The notes under the pieces: generated by a model
The model's database searches: none
What the model saw: only the letters and a program-made list of their open reading frames with translations
What the model was told of the DNA's origin: nothing
Shown here: piece by piece, positions 1 to 10,822 of the stretch
How the letters are laid out: each line of letters opens with the position of its first letter
How positions within the stretch are numbered: the stretch's first letter is position 1
Made by a program: the position numbers and the translations under genes
Assembly (NCBI GenBank): GCA_963921275.4
Contig: OZ001293.3
Coordinates: 6,048,001 to 6,112,000, forward strand
Length of the DNA stretch: 64,000 bases
From: an uncultured Hormoscilla sp.
Lineage (GTDB): Bacteria > Cyanobacteriota > Cyanobacteriia > Cyanobacteriales > Desertifilaceae
Direction of reading: 5' to 3'

Positions 1-529
1 CATTCTCCTCATCTAAACTATCGTAATATGCTGCCATTTCTGCATCCAATTTGCGATTGTATGCTTCTATATATGCCAGCATATCATCGAATTGCGGATC
101 GTCTTTGAACATCCCTGCATCCTGTATCCAGGGGTTATCCGGGTTTTCTTTCTTCATTTTTTCTATTTCCTCCTCACTCAGGGTTTTGACCGGTGCTGTC
201 GGATATTTTAAGTAATCCTTTTTCACCTCAACCACTCTTTTAATTAAGTCTAAATCATCCTGCCGAATATCCACAAATTTCAGTGATTTTTCGATCTGTT
301 CTTCAGGGAAATTTTCGTACAATTGGGCTATGGCGGTAAACACAACCGACCAAGTCAGCCTCTCCAGATTCGGAAATGACAGAATTACCCTCTGATCTTG
401 ATTGAAAGCAGCGGCGATCTGGTCGTAAATCTTTTGACCGTCATGACCTGCTAGCGAATCATTAGTGGGGACAATTCTCTCACAGAATATTTCGATCTTC
501 TCACTTGTGTGACTTTTGAGTTCTAACAT
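1..529 (-). CDS. STAS-like (DUF4325-type) protein with an antitoxin-like C-terminal tail; runs off the window edge
   Basis: Read manually, not in the ORF track: ATG at 529 gives MLELKSHTSEKIEIFCERIV...GQKIYDQIAAAFNQDQRVILSF...AIAQLYENFPEEQI...NPWIQDAGMFKDDPQFDDML, open to position 1. Confidence 0.65.
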   Translation of the reverse strand, partial: MLELKSHTSEKIEIFCERIVPTNDSLAGHDGQKIYDQIAAAFNQDQRVILSFPNLERLTWSVVFTAIAQLYENFPEEQIEKSLKFVDIRQDDLDLIKRVVEVKKDYLKYPTAPVKTLSEEEIEKMKKENPDNPWIQDAGMFKDDPQFDDMLAYIEAYNRKLDAEMAAYYDSLDEEN

Positions 530-736
530 AGTTAAGGAGCCTCTGAAAATGACTACGTTAATATTATAGCAATAAATTATCAGATGTCAACTACGCCCCC
601 TCAGAAACCAGGTTGGTCAGCGATTTTAGCCTCTTTCCGTGGCGGCTCCAGAAAACCCAGGGGTTTGAACCCCTGGCGGGCGATCGGGCGATCGGACTAC
701 GGGGAGGGTGGGGTGGGGAGGGGAGGGTTTCGCCAG

Positions 737-935
737 TATACTGCGAATGGTCAGGAACTGCGTTTTTTTGGGCAGTAAAAAATGTCATTGCGAGGGGGGG
801 TAATTGAGAGATACTTGTGCTTTCACCAGATACTCCCCCCCCGAAGCAATCTCCAGCGCTAGGGAACGGAGATTGCTTCGGGGGACTCGGGCGTGGAGTT
901 TCGATAATCTCGGTAAATGCCCCCTCGCAATGACA
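737..935. repeat. Cloverleaf palindromic repeat (TGTCATTGCGAG...CGAAGCAATCTC...GAGATTGCTTCG...CTCGCAATGACA) with an adjacent 44-nt conserved flank
   Basis: Nested inverted repeats at 783-935; related copy at 53213-53412. Confidence 0.75.
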
Positions 936-1007
936 CCATTGACACATTCAATCCGGCAAAAAGCGCAAGTCGATCCCTTTGAAAGTATCGCCCAGAAACC
1001 TGGTTTC

Positions 1008-2422
1008 TTAAATTGTTGCAGATTGAGTTCCCGTTTTAACTTTAAGGGTCAAGCCACCGATATTAATTTTTTGGTCATCGCTCAAATTTTGCTGCTGTTG
1101 AGTCATCACGTTATCTAAAATAATCTCCCCTGCTTGCATGTAAATCTTCACAGCTATCGGGGGGAAACCTTGGTCTTTGCGCAGATAAATATGCGCGTCC
1201 AATGAACTACCCAATAATACTAGCTTTTCTCCTAGGGAAATGATAGTCTGTTCTTTGGGAGTCCAATTTACCACTAGCCAAGCAGACCGGGTGAATTTCT
1301 CTATGAGGGCGATCGTCAAACCGATGCAGAAACCCAGAATAGCAGCACTGACGAGTCGTCCGACTACATCGCTGAAAATACTGGCTGCTAAGAGGAACCC
1401 CAGGGCCCCAACTGCGCCGCCGCCGCTGCCAGCTAGTAATGCCCGGCGCTTGTCTAAATTGGGTACGAACCAAGCCATTCCCCGACCTAAGAAGCCTCCC
1501 GAAATTGTCCAGGCGATCGTCCGACTGACTGCGGACCAGCCCCAACCGCTAGTTGCTACTAACCCGAAGAGTAACTGACCTGCCGCTCCTGCTATTATAC
1601 CTGCTATCAGGCTGCCGCTAGCCCCTTTAATTGCTTCGGGAAGGGTGAGTAAGCGTCGGCGCAGGTAGTAGTTCTGACCGATTATCAGGGCTAATGATGT
1701 CCCCAATGCTAAAAATGCTGTCCAACTGCCAATCCGCAGGATAGCATAAATTAAAGGATAATTCCCTGTTGGTCCTGTCTCCAAGATTTGTCTGCCATAG
1801 ATGACTTTCTCCGCGTCTCGGAATGCCCGATCGAATTCACCTGACTGGGCGTAGAATACCAGTTCTGGGTCTCTCCAGTCAGTTGAGTTAGGTAATTAGT
1901 ATCGGCGTCCCCAGTCCCTACGGCTATGATATTTATCCCCTCAGTTTTAGCAGATTGGGCTGCTGCTAGGGTTAAGCCTTTGGAATTAGGTAGTCCGTCC
2001 GTGAATAGCAGGATGTTGCGACTTAGTGATGTCTTTTGCAGTTCGGTCACGGCGGCATTAATTCCCTGGGCCATCTGCGTGCCTCCCCCATCCCCTAAGG
2101 ATGCGATCGCCCTCTGAATGCTATTTCTATCTGATGTCAAGTTGGCCGCCACCCGCACCTTGCTGCCAAACCCGATCGCCGCAAACCTATCCTCCGACAG
2201 TTCTTGACGCCGTACAAACTCTGTAGCTGCTGCTTTTACTTCTGTTAATTTCTGGCCATCCATGCTACCCGAAGCGTCTATTAATAGGACGATCGCCTGG
2301 GGGATGCGATCGATCGTCGGAGGCAGTTCGGTTAATGCCAGTAGCAGTTCTCCGCATAGCCAAGCTGCGAGCAGACATCCCATTGCTCCGTACAATCCAA
2401 ACTGCAGCGGTTTTCCTGCCAC
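1008..2422 (-). pseudogene. vWA domain + multi-TM + C-terminal FHA-like protein, split by a frameshift near 1870
   Basis: ORF 1751-2422 has MIDAS DASGSM, GGT and LFTDG; ORF 1008-1784 has Gly-rich TM helices and an FHA-like end; the overlap is a nonsense tail. Confidence 0.7.
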
Positions 2423-2478
2423 TCAATCTTCTCAAAATTATCTTTATCTTATTGTCTCCTCTTTACTAGATTCCATAT

Positions 2479-3120
2479 CTATTTTTTATCTTCCAACTGA
2501 GACGCTAGATCCTGAAGATAGTTTTCTAATCTTATCTTGCTAGCATCCTCGAAGTTGTTAAGTTCTCTGTCTGTTACTCTATTGCCAGTGCAACGCTTTC
2601 CGCCTTTGCTGAAAGGGACGATCGCGATTTTTGTTTCCCCGCCCCGTCTTGCCAAATCTCGATTAAACTCTTCGATCGCCTGCAGCGCCCCGGATAGTTT
2701 GGTCGTACCACTGTTATCCGATCGCTTCATGCTGCCGCTAAAATCTAGGAGAACGATTATCCATGCTGGAGGAGGTTCTGCTTCTTTGGGATTTTTCCAG
2801 TCTAGAATATCCGCGCGATCGAGGGTTTGACAGGCATTGTTATTAGATTCGCCTTGGGATTGACAAATCTTCAAAGTAAAATCCTGCTCTTCCAGACCCA
2901 CCACTGGTCTATTATTAGCATCTTTCACCTTGACCCGCACGGTCACCCGTCCCCGGTCTTTATCCACCCTCGGGGTACCGATAATTTCCGCCGTTTTCAC
3001 CTCCTGATTCCAACTGGGACCAATGAAACTACTCACCAGTAACAGGGATAAACTAAGCCTCCGGATCCAAGAAGCGATTGTAATAGACGAATCTGAACAG
3101 TTTCTTACCATTATAACCAC
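2479..3120 (-). pseudogene. Exported vWA-domain protein, apparently C-terminally truncated
   Basis: Signal-like N-terminus, VTVRVKVKDANNRPVVGLEEQDF, LLDFSGSM; ends before the later T/TDG motifs of vWA. Confidence 0.55.
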
Positions 3121-3192
3121 CTTGGTCCACGTGAAATGCTATAATATCGTTATGCTTTAACTCAATTTTTCTTTTTGTCCATCTACTTATAT

Positions 3193-3284
3193 TAGACCTC
3201 TTGCATTTATGCCAAAATGGATCCAAAATGGGGGCTGAAAGTATTGCTATTGCGTAGCCAACATTTACTTTTGCAAGACGTCTA
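3193..3284. mobile_element. MITE with terminal inverted repeats TAGACCTCTTGCA / TGCAAGACGTCTA
   Basis: 13-nt imperfect terminal IRs, no ORF. Confidence 0.55.
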
Positions 3285-3480
3285 TTATAACATTAGGTAG
3301 CTTAAAGGCTATTATGCCAAAACGACAATATTTCCTGGATGGGAGGCAGAGCCTCAATCTTCCGTTCCCTGCCTGAGTCAGGGAACGAGAGCTGTAACTA
3401 CCGGTTGCGTCTGGTGGGCGGTGCCCTACAAAATCAATTTTCCATTCACAATTTTCCATTAACCATTCACCATTCTCCAT

Positions 3481-4800
3481 TCAATTTGATATCAGATTAG
3501 CGATCGCATCTGCCTGCAAGCTTTTGAAAGTCCTGTCACCACTATCGATTATCCCATTAGCATCAATTCCCTTCCGACTCTGGTATGTTCTAATGGCCTC
3601 AATCAGCCTTTTCATTTCCGTTTGGTCTCCCCGTTCCACAGCAGCGGTATAATCTAGATAGGGAGCTCCAAGAGTTGACTTAATTGCCGTCACAATGTTA
3701 ATGTAGTTTTGTTGTACCCTGGCCTTCCTTAAATATGGGTCATTCTGCAACTCATAGATTATTCTCCCTAGGGCAGGTTTAGTTCTTTTCGCAAATTGAA
3801 ACAATTCCGTTGTCTTAATATCCCGCTTTAAGGACTCAGCCGTTTCCGACCCTGGTTCTATGTAACCAAGAGGCTGGCCGATTTTTCTCCTTTGATATAA
3901 AGATATGGCCTGTACCCATCTTTGTTTAGCCGCCTTCAACCTTTCGGGAACCCCGGCAAACTCGCGTTTTATTGCCCCTCCATACTGGAGGTCAAACTCA
4001 CTTCCCAGCAGGTCTCTGAGTCCCAAAATGATAATTTTTTCACTAAACTTCCGTTCCCCTTCATTTGCCGTCAGCAGTTCCTTCTCACTCAGGTCTGCTA
4101 CGATTTGCTGTAGGGCTTTCCTGGTGGTCTCGAATCTCCCCAATGGTTCTACATTTGAATCACTATTTGCCTGATTTGTCCCTGTCGGACGCGATATACT
4201 AAACAGCGAACTCCTTGATTTTCCTGTTAACCCGAAAGGATTTATGGGCAGGCTGACCAAGAAACCACTCACTGCTGCCAATATTACTGCTATAATGATT
4301 CTCATCGCATTCCGGGCTTCTGGATCGATCAGCCATTCTATTAACCATGATATCAATCCATAGGCGATAATTACTATTATTGGATCGGCATTGCGCAGGA
4401 AAAACAGGAAGCTAACCAACAGCGCTATTCTCGCCAACCAACCGGGCTTTCCGGACATGAAAAAGAGAACTTTTTCACTCCAGGTTGGCTCTCGCTTTAC
4501 CTTCAGACCACAATACATGGCATCCAATTGCTTACCAAAGCTGCGATTAAATACCTTTTGCGGTACTTGACCATAACTCACTTGGTGAAAATATGCTGCT
4601 ATCTCATAGGCATCTAATATTTCTTGTTGTGAGTCTTCCGTCTTTCCCGACCAGGCGGCATCACCCAACCTCGTAAACAAATCTGCTAATGGTTCATAGG
4701 TGGTCTCCTTGCTTAAATTGTCTCTCCAGTAGCTTTGGAGATTTCTCCACATGTATTCTCCACATTCAAAATCGTTTTCGTTCTCGTTTACTTGCACCAT
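3481..4800 (-). CDS. Membrane protein with C-terminal repeated peptidoglycan-binding-like helical units
   Basis: TM segments; two AI..YQ...G.I..G..T units (AISLYQRRKIGQPLGYIEPGSET, AIRTYQSRKGIDANGIIDSGDRT); may be the 3' part of 4808-6046. Confidence 0.55.
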   Translation of the reverse strand: MVQVNENENDFECGEYMWRNLQSYWRDNLSKETTYEPLADLFTRLGDAAWSGKTEDSQQEILDAYEIAAYFHQVSYGQVPQKVFNRSFGKQLDAMYCGLKVKREPTWSEKVLFFMSGKPGWLARIALLVSFLFFLRNADPIIVIIAYGLISWLIEWLIDPEARNAMRIIIAVILAAVSGFLVSLPINPFGLTGKSRSSLFSISRPTGTNQANSDSNVEPLGRFETTRKALQQIVADLSEKELLTANEGERKFSEKIIILGLRDLLGSEFDLQYGGAIKREFAGVPERLKAAKQRWVQAISLYQRRKIGQPLGYIEPGSETAESLKRDIKTTELFQFAKRTKPALGRIIYELQNDPYLRKARVQQNYINIVTAIKSTLGAPYLDYTAAVERGDQTEMKRLIEAIRTYQSRKGIDANGIIDSGDRTFKSLQADAIANLISN

Positions 4801-4807
4801 TTTATCT

Positions 4808-6046
4808 CTAGTTAAATGAACTACTAATTAGGCTTAAGTCACTTCTGACATTTTCATATATATTCTCTCTAAATTTGGCCCAAACTCCTTCTTTTGTTGT
4901 TAATAACCAAAACACATTCTCTACTGGGATCTGCCGATATATCATTTGCTCTAGGGCGATTTTTATCCCCTCCCCTAGTAATGGTTCTAGTCTCCGATAT
5001 TCATGAATTCGCAGTTGAAATTGAAACTTGGCTGATGCTATTTGCTGAGGTGTTTCTTGGTTTTTCTCGTCCTCTGGCTGCAACCACTTCAGAAACTCTG
5101 GTAATGTCTCTGGTAGGGCGATCGCCCTGAGAGTTAGCAGTCTAGCATCGTTAGCATGAGGTATTCCCATGAAAGCCTTTGTCGCACCCAGCCGGTTAAA
5201 TATTTCTGACCATTGGACTTTAGTTACTGCCTGATTTTGTAAGGCAGTAGCTATATTTTCCACTCGATCTTTCCTGACCTGGGCATTATTTACCAATGCC
5301 TCGATCTCTGATTCTATCGCCAGGATTTCCGAGTCTGGTGCTGGTAGTTTGCTGTCATCGCTGACTATATTTTCCCTGATTTCTGCCAGCTGCTGATATG
5401 CGCCTTCATTCGCTGTCTGAATAATGATAAAAGTTTCTGGTCTGCACAGGCCCACTACATTATCTGCCCAGGATACTGGTTGGCGGCGACTGGCCTTCAG
5501 TTCGGCCATTCTGTTAATCATTTGGGGAGTAACGTTTTGGGAAGGTTCTACCAGCAGAGGGGCCGTGGATTCACTCAACCAATTTTGCCAATTACGATCT
5601 AAGTTTACCTTGGGTTTTCTACTCACCATATGCACTTCTTGCTGTCCTGGTCCTTTCGTTTCCCTGGGATTGAAAACCGGTAGTCGCCCTCGGACTTTCT
5701 GATAATGCTCCATCCAATCCAGTATCATCCAGAGGCGATCGGCCCCTTCCGAGAGGAAGTAGCGATAGGCGGGGAATTCCCTACCCCCTTGGTCCCGACC
5801 GCGAGTTACTATAGCGATTACCGACCAATCCGACTCGCCAGGCTTATTGCTCAACACCACGCGCCCGATCGCCGTTGGTTCGTAACTCTGAGCAGCCTCC
5901 GATACCTGGAATAACTGGTCCTGGATTGCTCTTGTCACCGGTTTTGGCAGTTCGCGCAGGGTTGAGTTTCCGTGATCTCCTATCTGGAAACCCTTGGTTT
6001 CACCCTCTATGTGGGTGCTAAATTCGTGTATTTCGATGGTCTCCAT
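4808..6046 (-). CDS. Hypothetical protein, possibly GTPase-associated (GAP1-N-like) domain
   Basis: 412-aa ORF with RBS GGAGG; motif VTRGRDQGGREFPAYRYF; context next to a GTPase-like gene. Confidence 0.5.
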   Translation of the reverse strand: METIEIHEFSTHIEGETKGFQIGDHGNSTLRELPKPVTRAIQDQLFQVSEAAQSYEPTAIGRVVLSNKPGESDWSVIAIVTRGRDQGGREFPAYRYFLSEGADRLWMILDWMEHYQKVRGRLPVFNPRETKGPGQQEVHMVSRKPKVNLDRNWQNWLSESTAPLLVEPSQNVTPQMINRMAELKASRRQPVSWADNVVGLCRPETFIIIQTANEGAYQQLAEIRENIVSDDSKLPAPDSEILAIESEIEALVNNAQVRKDRVENIATALQNQAVTKVQWSEIFNRLGATKAFMGIPHANDARLLTLRAIALPETLPEFLKWLQPEDEKNQETPQQIASAKFQFQLRIHEYRRLEPLLGEGIKIALEQMIYRQIPVENVFWLLTTKEGVWAKFRENIYENVRSDLSLISSSFN

Positions 6047-6194
6047 CTGCTGATCCTCCCTTTGTCGCCAGCGCTAAGGCCCTACTTCGCCAGTTCTTTG
6101 CCTCGGCTTGTCAGCTTATTATATCATTGACTGGGATTTTTGAGAGGCGATCGCCTATTTGCTCAACCGGCGACCACAAACCCTCACCCCCACA

Positions 6195-6253
6195 GGCCCT
6201 CACCCTAAAGGGTGGGGCTACAAGAACAAAGCCCGCCTGCGCGGGCTTGATGA
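6195..6253. repeat. REP-like element (CACCCTAAAGGGTGGGGCTAC...AAGCCCGCCTGCGCGGGCTT)
   Basis: Two hairpins; degenerate copies at 26413-27330 (intron-interrupted) and 27666-27723. Confidence 0.7.
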
Positions 6254-6410
6254 TATTTTGGGGATGGGACCGCTAAAATGGCCCTGGGAGTTGCTGGAGG
6301 ATGGCGCGATCGGGGGGCTGCCTACACCGGTACACTGTGTGACACTGCCAGTCTGGGCCCTGATTGTTGCGATTATAGGGGCGAGATGGAGGGGTTCAGA
6401 TGTTCTGCGC

Positions 6411-7160
6411 CTATAATCTTTCTGATTTCAGTTTTGCTTTTACAGCACTTTTCAAGTCGTTGTATGTAATTCCGTCCGCATCTATGATGCCATCAGCTTT
6501 CCAATATTCTCTTTGGTATACTTTTGTCTTCTGGTATGCGTTGATAGCATCAATCATTATTTTAATTTGCTTTTTATTTCCATTTTTAACAGCCTGTGTA
6601 TAATCCAACTCCATAATTACAAGACATTCCTTGATTGCCTTTATAATCGTTTTTCGTAGCAGATAACCTTCCCTTAATCATTGTCATTTTGCAACTCCCA
6701 TATCATTCTATCGAGCGCTGGTTTCGTTCTTTCGGCAAAGGTAAATAGCTGTGTTCCCTTTATGTCTTCTTTTAACGCTTTAGCCGTCTCCTCTCCAATA
6801 ACTATGGTTCCATCTCCATTATTAAATTTAAGCTTTTCCTCCTGATACAAAGATATCGCATTCACCCATTTATGTTTAGCCTCCCGCAATTTATTAGGTT
6901 CGCTAGCAAACTCATCTTTAATTGCGCCTCCATACTGAAGGTTAAACTTCTCCTCCCGATCTAGAACTTCTCTAAGTCCTAGAATTACAATTTTTTCACT
7001 AAACTTTCTTCCCGCCGCATTTGAGGTTTGTCGCTGTAGTTCAGCCTGAAGCTCGGCAACAATTGCCTTAAGCGCTCGACTGGTTGTATTGAATCTCTCA
7101 AGTAGTTCAGTCTCCGAGTCGCCTTCTGTAGCAGTCTCCTGTGAATCTGTCCGACTATTT
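6411..7160 (-). pseudogene. Broken paralog of the C-terminal half of 3481-4800
   Basis: RKFSEKIVILGLR, QYGGAIK, AKHKWVNAISLYQ, LFTFAERTKPAL and ADGIIDADG align with the 3481-4800 protein; N-terminus deleted, internal break near 6670. Confidence 0.75.
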
Positions 7161-8608
7161 GATGGATATTTTTCCTTTATTCAAGCATATCACAATATGC
7201 CGAGCTTTAGGACAATCTTCACGAAAAAACTTTACCCATCTGTAAAACCGGTTACACCACTGCTGTTGTGTAGGTATTTTCTGTTCATCTAAATTGACAT
7301 GCTCTCTCAAAATTTCCCGATAAGGGGGAAGGATCAGAAGAATTCCCTCACTTTTGCGGGCCGTCTCCAAGAAGCTATTCCATTCATCAGGGTTATCGTA
7401 CTGCCAGGGCGGAACATTTCCCCCGGAGAATCTATCCAGTCTACAGGAATCTGGCTTTTACCAGTAGGTAGTTTTACTTGAACATTTAGGTGATTCTTTT
7501 CAATTTTCTCAGTTGGTTTAGCTGTACCATCTTTATTCAGGCAGAACTCCCTAAGATACTTGTAACTGTACTCGTAACTATTATTATTTAGCGAAACATT
7601 GACAAATTTGCCATTCGGGTTGGCCAACTCGACCACGAGGTGAGTTTTGCCAACAAAGCGATCGCCTATATAGGTCGGGGTCGAACTGGTACTCACGTAC
7701 CAACCCTCCAAGAGCGAAACCTGAAGAGCGACTGGAACCGCACACGGCTACTGGTTTGATAAGCCCTTGTCATGGGCAGGTAACTTTTGGATTACTCCCA
7801 TTGTCCCTTGTCCTATGAAATTTTGCCCCTTATGGTCAGTCGTGGAGCCGTTAGCTACCTAACTCCGGAAGGTTTGCGGGGGTGAACCAGTAAACCACTA
7901 AATCCGCTCTTTACTTACATGTCCCTTATATTTGGGGCTCTGAATTTTTACCCGGTTAGGATTTAATCCACCATTACTCCCTAGGATTGCTCCTGGTTTA
8001 GTACATTTAAGGGCTACTATCTCCCAGAACTTCTTACCATATCCGTCCTACGTCTGCATATCCTAGGCATTACCCCAGGCTTTGGCTTCTTAGGACATCC
8101 CTCCCACGTGGGCTTGCGCTTGACATCTAACTTGTCCGTCAGTAGGACAGCACCACGGGGGTTACTTCGTTCCCTGGTATCATTTCACGAGGCTTTTAGG
8201 TCTCACCTCTACACTGGCAGTCGTTTCGGGTACGATATCAGTGATTGATTAGCACTGATACGCGGACTACATGCACATTTTGTGCCAAGCGTGTCAGCCT
8301 CTTTTCGCTTGTTCGTGGTGACGATGCTTACAGGGATTTGCTTGTTCTAACCATGAACCTCTTTCCTATCGCGCAGCGTGGCGCAGCCATGCGGCGTCGG
8401 TCCCTGGGCTGAGACCTTATCCTTCATTTAAGTCCTTGCTCCACACCACGGCGATGTGGCTCCGCAGCACTAAGGACCGGTGTCACCCCCGCACCTGGGG
8501 AAGGGGAATTTAACCCCCATGATGACCAGAGTTATCTGGCTAATGGAACCAGACCCGACTTTCACCATTACTGGTTTACGCCGGAACGAATCGCACAACC
8601 ACTCCCAC
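7155..8608 (-). pseudogene. Small P-loop GTPase-like gene interrupted by a group II intron (exon1 8597-8608, exon2 from 7672); frameshifted near 7395 and truncated near 7165
   Basis: Spliced N-terminus MGVV|YIGDRFVGKTHLVVELAN (Walker A), then WIDSPGE (DxxG) and, in another frame, IVICLNK (NKxD-like). Confidence 0.7.
7673..8596 (-). ncRNA. ORF-less group II intron A (IIB/CL-like, 924 nt)
   Basis: 5' GTGCGATTCGTTC; DI closing GGGAACGAAG; degenerate DV starting AGCCG; DVI ending TCGACCCCGACC; EBS1 AATCA pairs with exon TGGTT; removal restores the host frame. Confidence 0.9.
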
Positions 8609-9520
8609 GTCAAACCCCCCTGTATCTGGTACCAACCGGACATGAGGGTCTAGGCATCTGGCGGACAGTTGCTAGATAGTATAGCATAGCCCAATTATTT
8701 TTCCCAGCCCCAGGATATCAACATTCTACATCATATATTCTATAGCGGCAGATCTATTTTATGCAATCCCCTGGGCCCTACTGGCAAAATCCCCCTCAAC
8801 CAAATCCTGGACCGGTCCCGTCACCCGACTTCCTGCCACTCCCCCACTCTCAAGTGCGATCGCCTCTCTATCTTACCACTCCCAGTTCCTGCCCCGATCC
8901 TACTGCCAGTCCTTGCGCCACTTAAGTAGTCAGCCCTCATCGCCACCATCCAATCATATCTAAATCTGTGGCCATTTCTGGTATTATTCCCCTAACCCCA
9001 GAACTCCTTCTTCTTCTCCCGCCCCAGGGCGATCGTCCTTCATCCCCTCTTCACAAAAGTTTACCATTCAGTATAATAACTATGTTGCAGTGCCACTTTT
9101 TGTGGTCTAATAATGCTTCATCCTCCAAACGGGCAAACGCTTTAGCGTTTACTACAAACGGGCCCGATCGGCTGAGATTGCGATCGTTTTCTAGTCAGGA
9201 ATCAAATCACTCATCGCCAAGATTATCTACCATGATACCATGAAAAAGCAACAGTCATTCTTAAATCTACAATATCTAGATATAATAGGCAAAAAACTCA
9301 GAGCATATATCTATTAAAATACTGTAATTTTGAGACGAATTGTGGGAAAATAATATCCCAGAAAACTATGAGATACATGAGTTGAAGAACCTAGTACAAA
9401 GGAGGTAAATAATATGATGTTGCAGATAGCAGAACGGCTAAGTTATCGGCGCATGGTCGAGGGTATCGTTAAGTCTCTATTGAGGAAAAGGAAAAAAATA
9501 AGCATCTAGGCGAGAAAACC

Positions 9521-9943
9521 ATGAAAAAAATTCAGATGCAAACAGAAACCGATTTGAAAGCATTAGAAATGGTTTTGCAATGGTACGATCAGCTACAGAC
9601 TCTACCAATTCCCAAAGGAGTTTGGATGGAGTGCCAACTGGCCCTAGCGGAAGGTTTTACTAACGCAGTTCGCCATGTGCACAAATATCTGCCATCGTCA
9701 ACTATGATTGAACTGGAAGTCAAGGTGTTCGGCGATCGTTTAAAGATGAAAATTTGGGATTGCGGAAAGTTATTTGACTTCCAGGCCCAATTGCGGAAAT
9801 CTCTGGCAGAAACAGAGGAGTCCCAAGCAGAAAAGGAAGGAGGAAAAGGTGTGTTCTTATTGCAGCGGATAGCAGATAAACTCAGTTATAAACGCACAGA
9901 TGATGGACGCAATTATCTGGAGATCGTCAAGCATTTTTCATGA
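9521..9943 (+). CDS. Anti-sigma regulatory factor / RsbW-like kinase (HATPase_c_2)
   Basis: LALAEGFTNAVRH N-box, IWDCG, EGGKGVFL. Confidence 0.85.
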   Translation: MKKIQMQTETDLKALEMVLQWYDQLQTLPIPKGVWMECQLALAEGFTNAVRHVHKYLPSSTMIELEVKVFGDRLKMKIWDCGKLFDFQAQLRKSLAETEESQAEKEGGKGVFLLQRIADKLSYKRTDDGRNYLEIVKHFS

Positions 9944-10106
9944 GTTTGATATTTCTATAGGTTGGGTTTCCCCACGTTACCCAACCCCGAGGATGTTGTA
10001 CATGCTGTCGGTTGGGTTTCGTGCCTCAACCGACGATAAATGCGATCGTAATTCCTTTGGCAACAGATCGACCGTGCTTTTAACAGTAATTTGAGTTGTT
10101 CTGGCG

Positions 10107-10451
10107 TCATAGTGTGATTCCTTCTTTATGGATGTTTCTTAATAAAGAACTGTGGCTATTAAGAACCTGATATTCATCGATAAAAAAGCAGCTAATTACT
10201 TCATTATTTTGCAAATATAAATCTGCTACAAGGTCTAGACTTCTGTCAATCTCTTCACAGGGTTGTACTGGTCCGGAGAGGACAACCAGAACATTAATGT
10301 CAGATCCAAACTCGGCATCACCCCGCGCTTGAGAACCGTAGAGAACCATTTGCATCAGGCGATATGCGTATAGTTCCCGAAAGCGATGCTTTAATTCGGC
10401 GAGAATGGCCATAATTTGGGGATTGATAGTGGGTTGCAGGGCGATCGGCAT
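10107..10451 (-). CDS. Minimal nucleotidyltransferase (MNT antitoxin); partner HEPN gene reduced to a stub
   Basis: LYGSQARGD..GSDINVLVV; an ATGA-overlapping ORF (MTPEQLKLLLKARS) degenerates immediately. Confidence 0.8.
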   Translation of the reverse strand: MPIALQPTINPQIMAILAELKHRFRELYAYRLMQMVLYGSQARGDAEFGSDINVLVVLSGPVQPCEEIDRSLDLVADLYLQNNEVISCFFIDEYQVLNSHSSLLRNIHKEGITL

Positions 10452-10582
10452 AGCTCAAACCTAATACTCAATCTCTAGTATAGCTCGTTATTTGATGCTT
10501 GCGATCAGCAAACGCTAAAGCGTTTACTACGAACCTGCTATACTGGAAAGCAATTGATTAACCACAACCACCAGGAGACCAC

Positions 10583-10822
10583 ATGATTGCTCGGACTATC
10601 GAAAAAACCCAAGAAAGCTCAAGCATTGCCAAAGCAGTGATGGCGAAGCTACAGGAGTTACCCTTAGAGCAGCAGCAGGAAGTTTTAAACTTTGTGGAGT
10701 CTTTAGCACAAAAATTAGCTCCGCACGAGATCAACTTCCCCCCAGGGTCAACATACCTGAGTTCATATCGACTACCAAATTCCGAGTTTTCAGCCACTTA
10801 CGACCTAAAAGACATTCCTTAA
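10583..10822 (+). pseudogene. DUF2281-like antitoxin fragment
   Basis: KLQELPLEQQQEVLNFVESL motif; the tail overlaps the convergent gene. Confidence 0.5.
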
